NCBI GenBank assembly: GCA_028534125.1
Contig: CM052817.1
Span: forward strand, 79,052,001 to 79,116,000
Source: Lama glama
Lineage: Eukaryota
DNA: 64,000 nucleotides
Reading direction: 5' to 3'
Part shown: positions 25,250 to 39,731 of the stretch, one piece after another
How positions within the stretch are numbered: the first letter of the stretch is position 1
Layout of the letters: each line of letters begins with the position of its first letter
The notes under the pieces: model-generated
The model's database searches: none
Told to the model about the DNA's origin: nothing
Seen by the model: only the letters and a program-made list of their open reading frames with translations
Made by a program: the position numbers and the translations under genes

Positions 25250-25732
25250 CTGAAACCCAAATGTACTCCATTAGCCTCCGTGACTCACAGAAGTCACAGA
25301 AAATATGAAACTAAGACATATCTGACAACAAATACTATTCATATGACTTCTCCCAAGTGGACAATCTCTCTGCGTGTGACTTTCACATCAGGAATGTTAT
25401 ACAGGCAGTTTCCTACCAATGGGACTTTGCTTAGCTTTACCCCTAATTTTACCCCTTAAAAGCACAGTTCTAAGACAGTGGGGTATGTTCTTCCCTCTAG
25501 GAACACAGAGAACAGGGATGCTTTTACAACCATGCTAAGGTCAAGCTTTCTAAACAAGCTGTAAGTTTCCATCACGTAGTGCACATCTGGCTACGGGAGC
25601 AATGCTGGGACTGCCTGGCTGTTATGGCTCTGCGTCAGAGACAGAGGGGCAGGATACAGTTTGCTTCTGTTAGTCTTATACACAGATGTATGCATGGAAG
25701 AGCTCTGCCTTTCATTCAGCCCAGCCACGCCA

Positions 25733-25759
25733 CACACCACACACACACACACACACACA
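25733..25759. repeat. (CA)n microsatellite in intron 12, followed by a purine-rich tract (25815-25900)
   Basis: Direct reading. Confidence 0.9.
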
Positions 25760-26416
25760 AAATCTTGCTCAACCAAGATACTGCTTTGCATACAGCCTAC
25801 ATTCCCCCTTATCAAAGAGAAAAAGAGAGAAAGATATAAAGAAAGAAAGGGAGGGGGAGACAGAGAGAGAGAAAGGAAGGAAGGAAGAGAAAAAGAAGTC
25901 AAAAGGTCTTAAGCCAAATTCCACTATAGGCCACAGTGACCCCTGCTTTTAAAAGGACAAAAATTAAAGTAATACTTAAGCTTTCTACTTACTTCTAATA
26001 ACACCTGGTTTGTTCTTTCCTGAACTATGAACCAATACCAGAGACAAGGTGATAACAGACAATGAAGGAAGAAAAGACCATGACGTGAAAAGAAAGGAAG
26101 AACTGATAAGACAGCTGGAACTGATAAAAGAGAGAAAGAACACATTATTATCGTGGACAAGGGGTTGGGTTTTAGTGAGTCATCTGTCACCACTACTAAA
26201 TAACACTTCTAAGCTCACCAAGAGCCAATCTTTCACTCGGAAGCCATCATCCATACTCCAGGAAACATTATGCCAAGCTTTGTAACTCATAGCTCTAATC
26301 ATACCAGTAAAATTTTAAACTTAACACAATAATTGGGTTCTCCCATCCATGTCTTGCATGATACATACTGGTCTGCTGTGGATTTCTAAGTGTAATTTAA
26401 GGAAAGGTTTTACTAC

Positions 26417-26539
26417 CTTAATCATGGAATAAAGAGAGGTGGCAAAGTTCTTCCTAAACTCCTTCCTAATGTTATACAGGTCAATCTCACTCCTGGAAAC
26501 CAGCACTCTGATGAGGGTATGATCATCTGTCCCCGCTCC
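26417..26539 (-). CDS. ANXA5: ANXA5 exon 12 (GAGTDDHTLIRVLVSRSEIDLYNIRKEFRKNFATSLYSMIK)
   Basis: 123 nt, ttaaag|GGA...AAG|gtagta; visible in ORF 26321..26629. Confidence 0.98.
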
Positions 26540-26738
26540 CTTTAAAAAAGAAAGAGAGGCACGTTGTTTAAAAAAGTCAATTATATCATCAAACTCCCCT
26601 GAGTTGGGTGAATCAATAAAGTAAAACAATTTAGTAGAACTGAACTACATGTTTTAAGGAGGAAAAAAAACTCAATGTCTATCATCTAAAACATGCTAGA
26701 GAGATAAATTAACTAGAAGACTCAACGTACGCACTTAC

Positions 26739-26797
26739 CTTCATAGCATAGTAGAGGGTTTCTGCAAGGTAGGCAGGTATACTTCGAATGGATTTCA
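26739..26797 (-). CDS. ANXA5: ANXA5 exon 11 (KSIRSIPAYLAETLYYAMK)
   Basis: 59 nt, tcttag|TGAAA...AAG|gtaagt. Confidence 0.97.
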
Positions 26798-28333
26798 CTA
26801 AGAAAATAAGTAATATAATGGTCACATGCTATTCTGATGTGAAAAAGGATGAAGTAATTAAAAATCAAAAGCTTCCCCAGGCTTACAGCTCTACTTATAT
26901 AAAAGTATGCAAGAACACAGGCTAATTAACTGCTCATTTGCAAGCTGCTCTGACCTCCTTGCTACCGAGTATCTCCACAGATCCTGGCTTGAGCTCTCCT
27001 CACAGTTCTGAGCTCTACACGGGGTGCAGGTGTTTCAGTGCCCCTTTGTTCTACGAGCACCTTTCTGCAATGGCAGTTTTGGCAGGCTGGGCTGTTAAGC
27101 CACAACCTTTTTCATCCCCAGTGAATTATACAAACATCCTCAGAGTTTTCACTTCAATATATTCAAGCAAATAACACAAGCTACTACTCTTATCTAATCT
27201 GTGACAAACCTTAGACATCTGCCTGTAATCTTAATCCAGGTATTCTCTCCATATTCTTTAACATCCGTGAGTCACAGAGGGTGGCGTGAGACTCATACGT
27301 TTTGGGAGAAATACCCAGATAAACTGGTAACAGAAAAGAGTGTCTTCCCTGAAAATGTACAAATCGATAGTACCTTAGGGCTGCTCAGAACTCAATCTGC
27401 TTAGCTTCAGAAACTATCATGTGAGAATTCCTTAATATACCAAAATAACAAATCATTGAATGGGAGGCAGTATTTTCTTTCTTCCAGTGCTTAAGAAAAG
27501 CAGCCACCAAAACTAAAAACGTCATTAATTTTTACACGTATTCCAGTTATAAAGGGGGTGTCTAAAAGTTTTCTATTAAAATTCATCAACAGTGGACTCA
27601 AGTGAAAGGTTACTGTTAGTCCTGGTTCATGCACATTTTTAGCTCATTCTCCAGAAGTCAGAGAGCACAAGAACTTCAGCTCAACACCAAATACTCGGAA
27701 CAGCAGCAGCCAAAGGCTCCCTCCACACCCATATGAAGACCAGGACCACAGGCGACTCACAAACTATTCTCCCTGGACTGGAAGAGTATCTGCTACTACA
27801 ATAAACTGCACAAACTCAGTTCTCCGATTTTTCTAGGTTACTCTGAATATTTAGCTAAAATTAAACATCAAACTATTTAATCAGGAAGACAGTCACCATC
27901 CCATTTTCCATGGTAATCAAAGATACTTTTTCTAAATCAGATTCGAATTTCTCAGTCTGCCTCAAAGCTGTGACGATGATATTCAAAAGAAAAGCAGAAT
28001 TCCACAGGTGTCAGAAATAACATTTACACGCCTCTGAGACAATGACATTTCAGGTTCACAATGAAATAGTATTATTTTTAATGCAGCTTCTAAATGATTT
28101 GTAAACAATTCTCTTAGTATTCCCATAGAATTAGATGAACTAACCAGAAAATCATGTATTTCCAACATCAAAACAGACTTTGAATTGGAAATTTAGGGGT
28201 ATGCTTCACCCAAATATCAAGATAAGATCTTTTCATGAAGAAATAGATAGCTATTTTCAGATACAGCTTCAACTGAATCAAATACTTCAGCTCTTAACAC
28301 CATAAATATCATACACAATAAAAAATTACTTAC

Positions 28334-28429
28334 CGACAGCAAGGAGTAATTTCTCCAAATTACCAGAAGTCTCTCGGTCAATGGTTTCTTCAATTTGAAA
28401 TCCTGATATAGTCATGTATTTGTCAAACA
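28334..28429 (-). CDS. ANXA5: ANXA5 exon 10 (FDKYMTISGFQIEETIDRETSGNLEKLLLAVV)
   Basis: 96 nt, ttctag|TGTTT...GTCG|gtaagt. Confidence 0.97.
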
Positions 28430-28489
28430 CTAGAAACAGGAAAGCAATTTCTTAATCACATAAGAATCACTTTCCAGAAACAAGGTATT

Positions 28490-28989
28490 TACTCTAACCA
28501 GGTACTTTCCTACCAAACACAAATCTCCCCTTTTTCCTTGCTGAGAGACCCTAATTTTGTTCAGAGCCTCAATGCGCCAAGCCCTAAACAATGGATTATA
28601 AATATTCTTTGTTTACTCACTTCCCAGGACCTCCTTATTAGTTACAATGAGACCTAAAGGTAAATAAATCTGTTGGAGAGGATTCTGAGTAATCTTTCCC
28701 TTTCCTTATTAAAAGCAACAGACAGCTATTAGTTTACCCCTTTCTTTTCTTCTTGAGGCAAAAATGGTTGATATGCTTGGAGCAACAGCAGCGACGTTGT
28801 GACAAAGAGGTACCGAGCATGAGAAAGAAAACCAAAGCACTCAGAGGGATGAAGCAGAAAAAGAAAAAGAGCCCAGGTCCTGCCAAATCAGCCAAGGAAT
28901 CCTACCTACAGAAAGCCCAGTTTTTAAAGCCACTATTATTAATAGTGTTTTCTGTCACTTGCCACTGAACTCATTCCTACCTGATACAC
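28490..28989 (+). mobile_element. MLT1J/K-like MaLR LTR in intron 9
   Basis: GACCCTAATTTTGTTCAG...; ends GTGTTTTCTGTCACTTGCCACTGAACTCATTCCTACCTGATACA. Confidence 0.6.
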
Positions 28990-29363
28990 AAATACTGATG
29001 AATATCCAGAAACAAGCTCTTAGGTACCACTATCTAGGAGGAAATTCTTGTAGGGAGCTACAGCTCGGTGATTTGTGACTATGAGAGTAACAATCTAGAG
29101 GCCCACCTCCCTAATCATCATCTGACAGTGAAGAGAGTTAGATTAAAGACGTCTAGTTTTGTGAAAGCTACAATAGCAGCAAAGAGAATTGAGATTTCTC
29201 AAGGTCACCAAAAGAAAGAAATATAAAAACTGATTCATTCAGTAAGCGTCTGTTATGCATCAGGTATTTTGACAAACTGGCTCCTGTACTTTAAAAATTA
29301 ACCATTACATACAGAAAAAAAATTTACCAAAGTGCCTGTGTCATACACACTTTTTTCACTCAC

Positions 29364-29457
29364 CCCTTCTCAAATGAGACACACTCCGTGTTCCAAAGAT
29401 GGTAATAAACTTTTCTTCATCCGTCCCCCACTTAAGTTCTCCAGCCTGAAACAAAGC
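29364..29457 (-). CDS. ANXA5: ANXA5 exon 9 (ALFQAGELKWGTDEEKFITIFGTRSVSHLRRV)
   Basis: 94 nt, tcacag|GCT...AGGG|gtgagt; contains Trp187. Confidence 0.97.
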
Positions 29458-32400
29458 CTGTGAAAATTTCAACCCCAGTTAATAAACTGTTCTTCCATCT
29501 CATTTTCATGTTCTTCATCACACTTGTGTTTTAGTCCCTGAATGCTGATTTACCTGATTCTTCATCTCCTATTTTTCAATTCTAATGTTTCCTACTCTGA
29601 AACTCCCCTCACTGAGCTTGGGGCGACTTTGGACCTTGCCCTGAACTGTGCCACAGAAGATTAGTGGGTCAGAGCGATAAGGCATAGCAATAAGGCCAAG
29701 TTAAATGTTCCCAAAAGGTCTACCATAACTTCCAGTCATTCAGGAGCAGTGGTGTGGTTGGTGGGAAGCTCTGATTATCCCACTGTTGATGCATCCACTT
29801 ACAGGGAAAAAATTTAACCAGGAGCTAAGGTGTCTGCATTTTTCTGTTTTGCTTGCTCTGCAGCTGTTCAATAACACATGATAAAAAGGAAACTCTGTAT
29901 TTTCTCATTATAAGTGAAATTTAACCAATGCTAGCTACAGGAAGTTTCCCCATTTCTAAAAGATCACAATAAAACTTTGAAAGGCTGTGGGTGTATCACA
30001 GCTCCTGGCATACAGCGGGCACCTAACATATACTTGTTGAACAGTATGAGTGTTCATATTTAGTTTTTCACATGGAAAAGACTGTATGCTTTCCAGTGTT
30101 CATATACTTGCTGAAAAAATAAAATCATACACAAATACCATTATATCTGAGTCTACTTATTAAGACATAGATAATTTATTAAAACTCAAAGAATCTTTAA
30201 AATATCTTTACTATCCTTTATTCATTTCAATGTAAAAGTATACCTATTAAAACCAGATGAATGCAATTTGCTGAGACTGCTACTTGCAGCTGCCCTTATG
30301 CCTACAAATGGCAAAACAAATAAGGATAGGAGGTGATCAGAACACGTAATTGGATGTCAAAATTCTTATCACATTATGTTTAAGAATATAGATTATTATT
30401 ATATAGCGTTACAGATTTATTTTTTTTTCCATTTCCAGAGAATCATCTTTACACTCAATTTTGAAACTAATTTATTTTAGTGAGAAAAATAACACCAATC
30501 CTGGTCATGTGAGCATGCTATTCCAAACTGAAAAGGAGTTAGTGTGAAAGTCATGAAAGTATGTAAACTTTAGAACTATATCACAGTGTTACAGACCCAT
30601 CTTAAAATAACTTTTTTACATACAATTACAATAAAATATGTTCACTGAGAAATTTTGTGAAAAAGAGAAAAATCATTGAAAAAATAAAAATTACTATGAA
30701 TACCAACATTCTGAGGATACTGGTTACTTATCTCTAGTACGTTCACTACATACAGGGAAGATAGACACATACGGTAGCACCTAGAGGGGTGTGGGGCTCA
30801 TCCTGTACCACACGGCAAGCCCTGCTGAAGCCCTCCTTCCTTATCAACTGTGCTAGATTGCTAGGAATCTCCTCGAGTAGGTACAGCAGGTAAGCCTGTC
30901 GTATGGGAATAACTGGTGAAATGGCTATTTTTAACCATAATCTCTTAATTTTCTTGGAAGGATTATGTTTGGGATCAGTGTCTATTCTGGAACTACTACT
31001 AAGTAAATCATACACAGTAGTAACGACGGCATCTTCACGCAGAGCGATATTTACAAGTTTTGTTTTGTCTTGTTTTAACCTGAGGGTCCTTTCTTCTGAA
31101 TGAGGATGCTTAGCGTCCATGGAGCCACCCCGGATGAGGGGCCCTCACACCTCCTCACCGTCCCCCGTCCTCAGAGGGGGCCTGATGGTGCGGTCCAAGC
31201 ACACTTTGATAAGCTCTGGTTTGGCGCAAAGTATAGAGGTTTCAGAGTCAAAAAAGACCTGGTCCTTGTCCTCATCTGAGTCTTAGATGAGTTACTTAAT
31301 GTCTTCTTGAGCCTCAGTGCCTTCATCTACAGACTAGGAATAGTATTTCTATGGAGTTATTACTGGAGATTTTGTAACTTAGATAATGAATGCACTGAGC
31401 AATGTCAGGTAACCAACAGCAGGTGCTCCATAAACACTGTTCCCCTACTTCCTTTAAGAGTTCAACCTTCTCTCCAGAGAAAGCACAAAACAAGGACTTG
31501 TTGGGGAAGGAGGTAAAATCAGTTTAACACATTAAAAATGTTAAAAAGAAAAGTGGGTTATCTACAAAATGTTCAATTCTCAGGTGAATGACTCACTGTG
31601 GCTTATCAAATCCTTGAAATAATAGGAATTCTCTTAGTGCCAGGTATCAGTAGAGAAAAAAAATTCAAAAGCTTATGAAAGGGCCCTTCAGTTACTCTCA
31701 ATTAAGAAATCTTAAATTCCCATTAGTGGTAACAGTCCAGGTACTCTTTCTACAAGGTATAAATGGGTGTGTTCCTTCTTATAATGCTGAAAGGATCATG
31801 TTCAACAGGCTGAATTAATTAACAATAATACATTTTTACAAATCAAAGACTGTATGCTGTGTTGTTCCTGGTCACTGAAAAGGTAAGGAGAGCCTGGATA
31901 CTGTTTCAGGGATATTTTAAAGTAACTTTGTAAGTCAGTTTTCAGATGTACAAAGCTTTCCGTTCAGGGTCCCGAATGGTCACATCCCTGCAGGACAGCT
32001 AAGTGATGCTTACACAGCCTGACCTCAAAGTGCAGTCCCTTGACCAGCATGGACGTCACCTGAGAGCCTGTCAGAAATACGATCCCAGATCCCACCCAGA
32101 CCTCCTGAGTCACAACCTGCACAGAAAAGTCTGAGAAGCACTGCTTCTCAGAGTGAGTGCTCCGAGCAGAGACATCAATGGAAACGAGATAAAGATGTAC
32201 TGTTCCTGCTCACAGGGCAGCAGCGCTCTCATTACACCACCAGTTGTGCTGGGAAATCGACCCACCGCCCACTAATGGAGGCCTCACCACAGTCATCTGA
32301 GACTATTAAAGCTGGCTTCTTTCCCTGTGACCATGACCCCTACTCCTGAGAGGAGGAATGTGAGAACCAGCATGGTCACCTCCAGACCTACAGACAATGA

Positions 32401-33504
32401 ATGCTGGGAAAGTACCAAGGTGGTCTCAGCAATGAGCAAAGCCCCTAACAGCAGGGAGTGTGGGTCTGCAGGCAGCTTTGGCTCTATCCCTTAAGAAGGC
32501 GGGGTTAAGCTAGCTCCTTCCTTCCAATCTATACTTAATAGACGGGTTTTACAGTAGAGAAGTGAGAAAGGAGCTAACAGGGAAGAACACGGAGCCTGTC
32601 ATCTAGTGAAAGAGAGAGGGCTTTGAGGTTGGACAGGTGCAGCAGGAACCCCAGCTCCACCACCACTCAGTGGGGACCATGGGCTTCTTTCTTGAATCCC
32701 TGAGCCTCCGTTTCCTCATCTGTAAAAAATGAAACGATCCCCTCTACTTTAGAGTTAGACACTAACTCACTCCTGAGTTATTTACTGAGTGCTGCCAATA
32801 TGCTAGGCTAACTGAACTGATGGCTCAGGGCACCCTGGGTGGGTGTCAAGTGAACAGGCAGCTTCAGTATCAGGTGGCCAGCACTGGGACAGGAAGCTTG
32901 AGATGCTACAGTCCTCCCCGTAAGGAGCACCTGACACACACCTAGGGGGGTCAGGCAGGGCACCCTGAAAAGCAGCTTATCTGAGGACAGACCCTTGAAG
33001 AGGAATTAGGTGAGTGGGCAGAGGAAGGGGCGGGAGGAGAAAGAGCAAGTAAGAGAAAGGTTGGAGGCATAAGAAAGCAAGGGACAGGTAACAAAGAGGC
33101 TTATAAACCACATTTGAGGTTTCCCCTGAGGACAATGAGATCCACGGAAGGGTTTTAAGATTTTAAGCAGGGATGGGACACAATAGGTTTGCATTTTTTA
33201 AGGGACAGTGAGGAAAGCATCAAACACTGCAGACGGCCCTCAGCAAACATTCTGTTTCCTCGCCTCTTCTCTCTCCAGCTACACAAAGAGATGCCAGCAT
33301 CCCACAGCCATTAGGAAATCAACCCCCTGAAAAGAAGAATAAGGCCCTCCTTTCTCCTATTAGCAAAGTCAGTTCACACACCCAATGGCTTCTTCAGAGA
33401 GAACAGTCAGTTGGAGGAGAGAATATGGCTTTTCCCCTTTCAACGATGTAATTATAAAAATATTCTAAGTATAAACAATAAGTGTAAACAATAACTTATA
33501 TATA

Positions 33505-33597
33505 CATTGAGAAACCAAAAAACTTCATGTGATCCACTTTATTGTGATATATACTTTATTGCATAGTCTGGAGCCGAACCCACAATACCTCCTGTAT
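33505..33597. mobile_element. Tigger1 terminal fragment
   Basis: GAAACCAAAAACTTCATGTGATCCACTTTATTGTGATAT...GTCTGGAGCCGAACCCACAATACCTCC. Confidence 0.6.
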
Positions 33598-34353
33598 TTG
33601 AACCATGTGACCAGAAAGACAGGACTACGATATGTGATTGCAAGAACCAGAGTAATTTCTTTATTATCAATCTCCAGTTTTCAAGTTCCTCGTTTCAAAT
33701 TTCCTAATACTTGTTTCCTACATTTGATTACTTTATAAACCATACTGAGACTATAATGGGATTGAAAAGCCATTTCAGTACAAAATTTCATTTGGGAGTC
33801 ACTAAAGAGCAGCTGACAAAAAGAACAATCCTATTTAGAATTCTACCAGAGGAAAGGTGGAGGAATTTTCAAATCCTACAATTAACTTCATCTATTATGA
33901 GATAAATCACAATTTATCACTAAAATACTTTACTCTTTCTTCTATATCCTTCTCTGCCAAGAGACTGACTGGCTCATTGGCAGAAGAATCAACACCACCT
34001 GTTTTCCTGGTAAAATTCTCTACTTTGTGACTGTTCCACAATCACAGAAAAAAATAACATCTAGGTGGAACTCACTATTCATATACAATTTATTTTATTT
34101 CATTTCAGCTTTGGGATAAAATATTTTTGGCCATATCAAAATGTGAGAAATTGACCTATATGGGTCTTATGATTTGTAAAGGACCCACCAAGTTACTTTT
34201 AGATGCCATTATATATTATATAATATTATATATTACATATATAATATATAAATATGTATTTTTCATTAGCATAAGCATGGATTCTTCTTTTCATTCAATG
34301 ACATATGATTCAATACGTCATAGGCAAGTCATCACATAGTAAGTCTCACCCAC

Positions 34354-34410
34354 CTGAGCATCTTGTTCAACCTGTGCTTCATCAATTCCAGCATCAGGGT
34401 CTCTATTAGC
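34354..34410 (-). CDS. ANXA5: ANXA5 exon 8 (ANRDPDAGIDEAQVEQDAQ)
   Basis: 57 nt, ttgtag|GCT...CAG|gtgggt. Confidence 0.97.
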
Positions 34411-34732
34411 CTACAAGAGATAAAGTACCATATCAGACCTTATCAGTCCTACAATAACACACAAGCACTGTCCAAAACCAAACTGACCCTCTTGATTTTA
34501 AATTCTATGAAAAAAAGAGGAAAGTGACATCCAAACAAACAAAAACATTATGAGTTAGCTATGAAGAGCTCAGGTCAGATATTCTGAAACACAAACACAG
34601 GCACCACAAAGCCAGAATCAAGCAAGTATCAGAAATAATTAAAAGAATTTTAAATGACCTTACTTAACTAGATTCAGATCAGTCCAGCTTCAGAGTTTTT
34701 TAATCAAACCATAAATAGTCTCCACCCAATAC

Positions 34733-34812
34733 CTGAAGGAGGACCACCAACATCCTCTGGTAGTACCCAGAAGTATCCCCCACCACGTCATCTTCCAGGC
34801 TTGAGCCATATT
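34733..34812 (-). CDS. ANXA5: ANXA5 exon 7 (YGSSLEDDVVGDTSGYYQRMLVVLLQ)
   Basis: 80 nt, ttgcag|AATAT...CAG|gtattg. Confidence 0.97.
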
Positions 34813-37315
34813 CTGCAACAGAATAATCCCGCACTTATTTACAACTTCTTTCAACTAGAAAGACTTCCTGTCTCAATAATCAAATAGAAGAGACATAAAG
34901 GAAGAAATATTTGATTAGCATAAATGTTCATCTTTTTCTAAGGGCTTTAAAGACTGAAGGCAAACGCTTTAAGTGAGTGGCTAGGTGAAAACGAAGTCTC
35001 CCAAAAGCACTCGACTGAAACTTGAATGATGACTCAGACATTTAGAAATGCTCTCAGCCAATGTAGTTATTAGTCTACAGACACATGATGGTACTGGAAA
35101 GCCTCTAAAATACAATCGATCATAATTTTAAACTTTGTTTTGCTTTCTTTCAAATGTTTTACATGATTCCTCTCCAAAGGCATTTCTCTAATATTCTGAT
35201 ATCTAATATTCTAATATTTCTTTCATTGGGGCATGGCCATTGCTTCCCCTAATAAGATATTTTTTTCCTCTGCAACAAATAAAGTTAACTCTGAGAGGCA
35301 GCAGAGCTATTTTAAAATATGCTCTTCCTACCATTCAGTGTGAAGCCACAGCAAAGGGGAGAAGCAGGATCTGTAAGAGTCTACAGACACTGCCCTGTAA
35401 CTTTCAAACAGCTGCTGTTGAAGGATTAAATGCTCTAAGGCACTTAAATATTTCACCATTATCTGAAAGGAGATAAACTTTATTAGAAACTTCTATTTTT
35501 AAAGCTCCAAAAGAGTTACATGTTTATTTCAGTCAGTTACCCAAATACAAGACTCTGAAGGAATTATTTATTCCTCCCTCTGTTCCAATGCCTATATATA
35601 ATTAACCATCAAATCTTTTCAAATATTCCTCCTCTCTCTGACGTATGCGCCTCCTACCTCCCACCAACCTAGGCTGAGACATACCTGCAAAGCTTACCTC
35701 CCCGGCCACCCAGCTACCTAATCGGCCTCTTGATTCAAATCTCCTCGCTCCCTCAACTATCCTTTCAATACTCCACTGCCCACTCAGGAGCTTACAATCA
35801 AGGAGCCTCTGAATCAAGTCCAAACTTCTAATCCAGTCTTACAAATCCACCTGTAACAGAACCTAACTGCGCTAGTCAGTTCATCTCCAGAATGGACATG
35901 CACATACCCTTCCTCAATGTACTTTTCTCAGTCCGGTGTCCGTGCCATGGCAGACAGTGGATGTACCTTGACCAAAAACACCTTTGTCATCCACCCAAAA
36001 CCCATCTGGTCTTGAAGCCCTGGCTCAGTGTCTGAATGCACTGTGAAGCCCTCGCCTAACATCCAAAGCCATGATGACTGCTCTTCTCTGAATGAATTTT
36101 GCATTAAACGTTTTTTTTTTGTGTTTGACTTTTACTATCCTTTAACTATTGCAGTTTTTCTCAGTCATGTCATCCCTAGATAGATTGCAAACTCCCTGAG
36201 GACAGGAGCTATGTTATGTACATCTTTTGCGTCATTTCATGACAGCCAGTACACTGCCAGACACACAGCGAGTGCACAATAACACAGCTGGCTGGGTGGG
36301 CCATAAGCAGTTATTATACCCGAGGTACCCCATTTGTCACCCAGCAGCACAAAGGCTCACTCAGCAATGTCAACATCCCCAGAAAGAGATATCTGAATAT
36401 TAGAAACTCAAGGGTGACCAGCTACAGCTGAGATACACGTATCCCCTCTGCCTTAGTGATGGGTACCTATCCAAGTGTAAAAAGAGGAGCAGGAAAGAAA
36501 GATCCAGCACTTCAAAGGTAAATTATTTAGCTGTGGTAAATTTCACACTGTTCTAACTGGCTAGGTTACAATGTCATTTTTAAGATTAACAGACTAATAA
36601 CAAGACAGGGACCCGTTTTCCTCACTGCAGCCACTATGCTTGGAGGTGACAATCTGGAAGGTCTGATCCTCCTCAGTCAGCTGAGAGGGAGAGTCTTCTA
36701 CATGAAATCTGATGAGAAAAGAACTCTCCACCTTTACTTCCTATTTCATTTTCTTGGCTCCATTCACAGGATATGCTTCTGACTGAAATACAGGCTTTTT
36801 TCCCCCACAAAAAAATTAGAAATAAAAAAGAAAAGACAACAGAAAGAAAAATCAAAATGCAGAGTATTCAAGCACTGCCATCAGCTAAAATGAGATACAT
36901 TTACTCATATATTATCAACTCTGACTTGAACAAGGTTTCTTTTCCTTTTAGACAGCTCGTAACTTCCACTAACATAAACTTGAATTTTTTAAGGAAGAAA
37001 AACAACTTACATCTTAAACGTAATGCAAAAGAAGGACAATCTGTATGTCCCTATGCTAGTTGCAAATCCTATGTGAAAATAAATTCCATCCTCAACAGAA
37101 GCTTCTTACAAATACTAAAATAATTACAGGCATAGTAAAAGGCAGCCCCTTTCCCTACTGAAGGAGAAAACTAGCTTGAATTGTTGTTTATTCAGTCATT
37201 CATTCATACGGAAATCATGGGTGGCCTGCCTCCTGTAACTATAAGGAACTGTATTCACTTTAGAGAAATGAAAGTGACAGTGGCAATGAAGGGAAATGTA
37301 ATTCGAAACATGTAC

Positions 37316-37406
37316 CTTCTTCATAAACTTGTTTTATGGCTCTCAGTTCTTCAGGTGTCCTTGAAGCAATAATTTCTGTCAGAACTTTTTCATCTGTCCC
37401 AGCTCC
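37316..37406 (-). CDS. ANXA5: ANXA5 exon 6 (GAGTDEKVLTEIIASRTPEELRAIKQVYEEE)
   Basis: 91 nt, aaacag|GGA...GAAG|gtacat. Confidence 0.97.
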
Positions 37407-38267
37407 CTGTTTGGAGATTGATTTTTAATAGGAAAAAAAATGTCAATTAAGATTAAAAAGAAAGTGATTTTCCTAGGTGTTACCCAAATTGCATAAATAT
37501 ATAAATATTACCCAACATAACATTCACTTTTTTTCCTACTTTGTCAAAGGATGCTTTATTTTTCTTTCCACAGAAAACGTGTTTACTTTATCCATATTGA
37601 AGGACAATAGAAGTAAAAGGCAGCTTTGTTTATTTTCTAACATGTTGTTGTTTACATACTGCACCGTCTATGAATGGTAGTGGGTGCTGCACTTACTGTG
37701 GGGTTTATTTTATGGAGGGTTTTATTCCTGAGTAAAAGATAAAAAGCTAAGGATGAAAGTGAACATCTACTTTCCGAGGTCCCCACATATTGTCAAGTGT
37801 GGTACTTTAGGAAATTCAAAGATTGTGAGATGTCTTTTACTTTCTAAACAATTTTTATGAATTATAAATTTCAAAGAGTTTGATAAAGGCTTAATCCTCA
37901 ATCTCTTAGTTATCTATCAGGCAGTCGTGGGGTCTTCTGATTACTGTAATGATAGAGCCCAACAATATGGGCAATGTTATTTTGAAGATGAAACATAACC
38001 ATAAATTTTTAAAATGGAGTGTAGCATCTTTGTATTTGAAAATACAATCTTAAACATTCACTTCTTATTCTATGAGTTCTAGCAGTTGTAGAAATAAAAA
38101 ATGTCAAATTAATTTTCTTTCCAAAGACAATTTTATCCCTTTATTGGTCTAATGAAAAAAATGTTTATTGCATATATGTATGTGTATACATATATATAGC
38201 ATATAACATATATAAATTTATAATTTCATCAATTTAATTCTAAATGGTTTAAAAGTAAAACATTTTA

Positions 38268-38416
38268 GGGGGGAGGGTGCAGCTCAGTGGTAGAGTGTAT
38301 GCTTAGCATGCATGAGGTCCTGGGTTCAATTCCCAGTACCTCCATTAAATAAATGAATAAATAAACCTAATTACCCTCCCTCCCCAAGAAAAAAACAAAA
38401 GAACTAAATTTTTTTT
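38268..38416 (+). mobile_element. Vic-1 type SINE in ANXA5 intron 5, 16-bp perfect TSD
   Basis: TSD AAAGTAAAACATTTTA at 38252-38267 and 38417-38432; preceded by a TTT/AAAA L1-endonuclease site. Confidence 0.92.
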
Positions 38417-39731
38417 AAAGTAAAACATTTTAATGAAACAGGAAATAAATAAAAAGGCTAAATAGTAAAAATGAAAACTTTACATAAATTTACTTGGAGG
38501 TGCACTGATACTTAGTATATACCTCAAAACATAAACACCCCCGTCTCCAAATTAAGTTCTTTATAGATCCACAGGAAAATTCTGCAGCAAAGGTAACAAT
38601 AAACACAGCATCACTTAGCTATTAGGAAATCAGTTTTGGGGTCAGTATAAAGGAATTGTGATTTGCTTTCTGGATTTTTGAAAAACAATTTTAACTGGTT
38701 TTCCTTTTTCTGATTATAAAGTCACATCTACACTGCTGAATTAGAAGACAAAAGCAATGACACAGCAGAACTTAATTTTAAAAGACAGCCTTATTCTCTT
38801 TATATTTCTGTTTCTTTACCAAAAATCAAGCACTGAAAAAACTAGGTTTATGCTTTGGCAGCATTTCAGCTACTGCTAACATTTCAGAAGGCTGCAAAAA
38901 TGCCCATTTCCAATAACCGAAGATTTTGTTTATTCCAAAGAATCACTGCAGGAAAATGAAGAGAAGCAGCACAGAAAGGCTTCTAACCTGATAAAGCCCC
39001 TCTTCCCGCCACCTGAGCTACATTAACCTCCTTGTTGCTAAATTTCAATTTGCCCATTCAAAACCTAACTACTAATGACTGAACTATTCCGTCCCGTAAG
39101 TCTAAACAAATGATTCAGCATGGTCATATTTATACAACACTCTAAACACTGGGCAAGGGAATATGTATTCAGTTATTTGCTACAGTGAAATTATATCAAG
39201 TTTACCAGCTATTTCATTTTAGTGTTTAGAAATACAGGAAAGAAGGAAAAGGAAAAGGGTTCAGAAAAGGAAAGTGTTTAGAAGTATCAAAAAGAAAGAA
39301 GAAAATCTATCTTATATCAAAATTCTCTCTGAAGCTTAATTTTTTTAATCTAAAATGATTGACAATATTATTGTTTCCTACTCAGGCTCCTCTATACTAA
39401 AAGATAAAGTAATCTGTAACATTTTAAAAACACATCTCAAAATGAGAAAATGAGCATGAAAATAGAATATAAAAGGCTGTCAAATATATTAAAATTTTAA
39501 ATACCCACTATTATTAACTGTACAAAAAGATTAAATGACACTCTATTCATTTTCTCCCACCTTTTCTTTTTTCTCTTCTTCTCTTCTTACTGCCTCCTAC
39601 AGTTTTGTCCTCCAAGAAACCCTCACTAAAATATTCAGTTTTTTTAATATAAAAAAAAATACAGTGAAGTAATTACCAACACAAAATAATATGATACGTG
39701 ATAGGAATGTTCCTTGCACTCCTCCTTTTAC

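Noticed and set aside
30770..31190. CTCF-like motifs (GCACCTAGAGGGGTG; CCTCAGAGGGGGCC) and a 124-aa ORF in intron 8
   Set aside because: Mismatches at key CTCF core positions; ORF has no homology or splice support
38268..38345. tRNA-like sequences with A/B boxes (six copies in the window)
   Set aside because: They have A-rich tails and, in most cases, TSDs: SINEs, not tRNA genes
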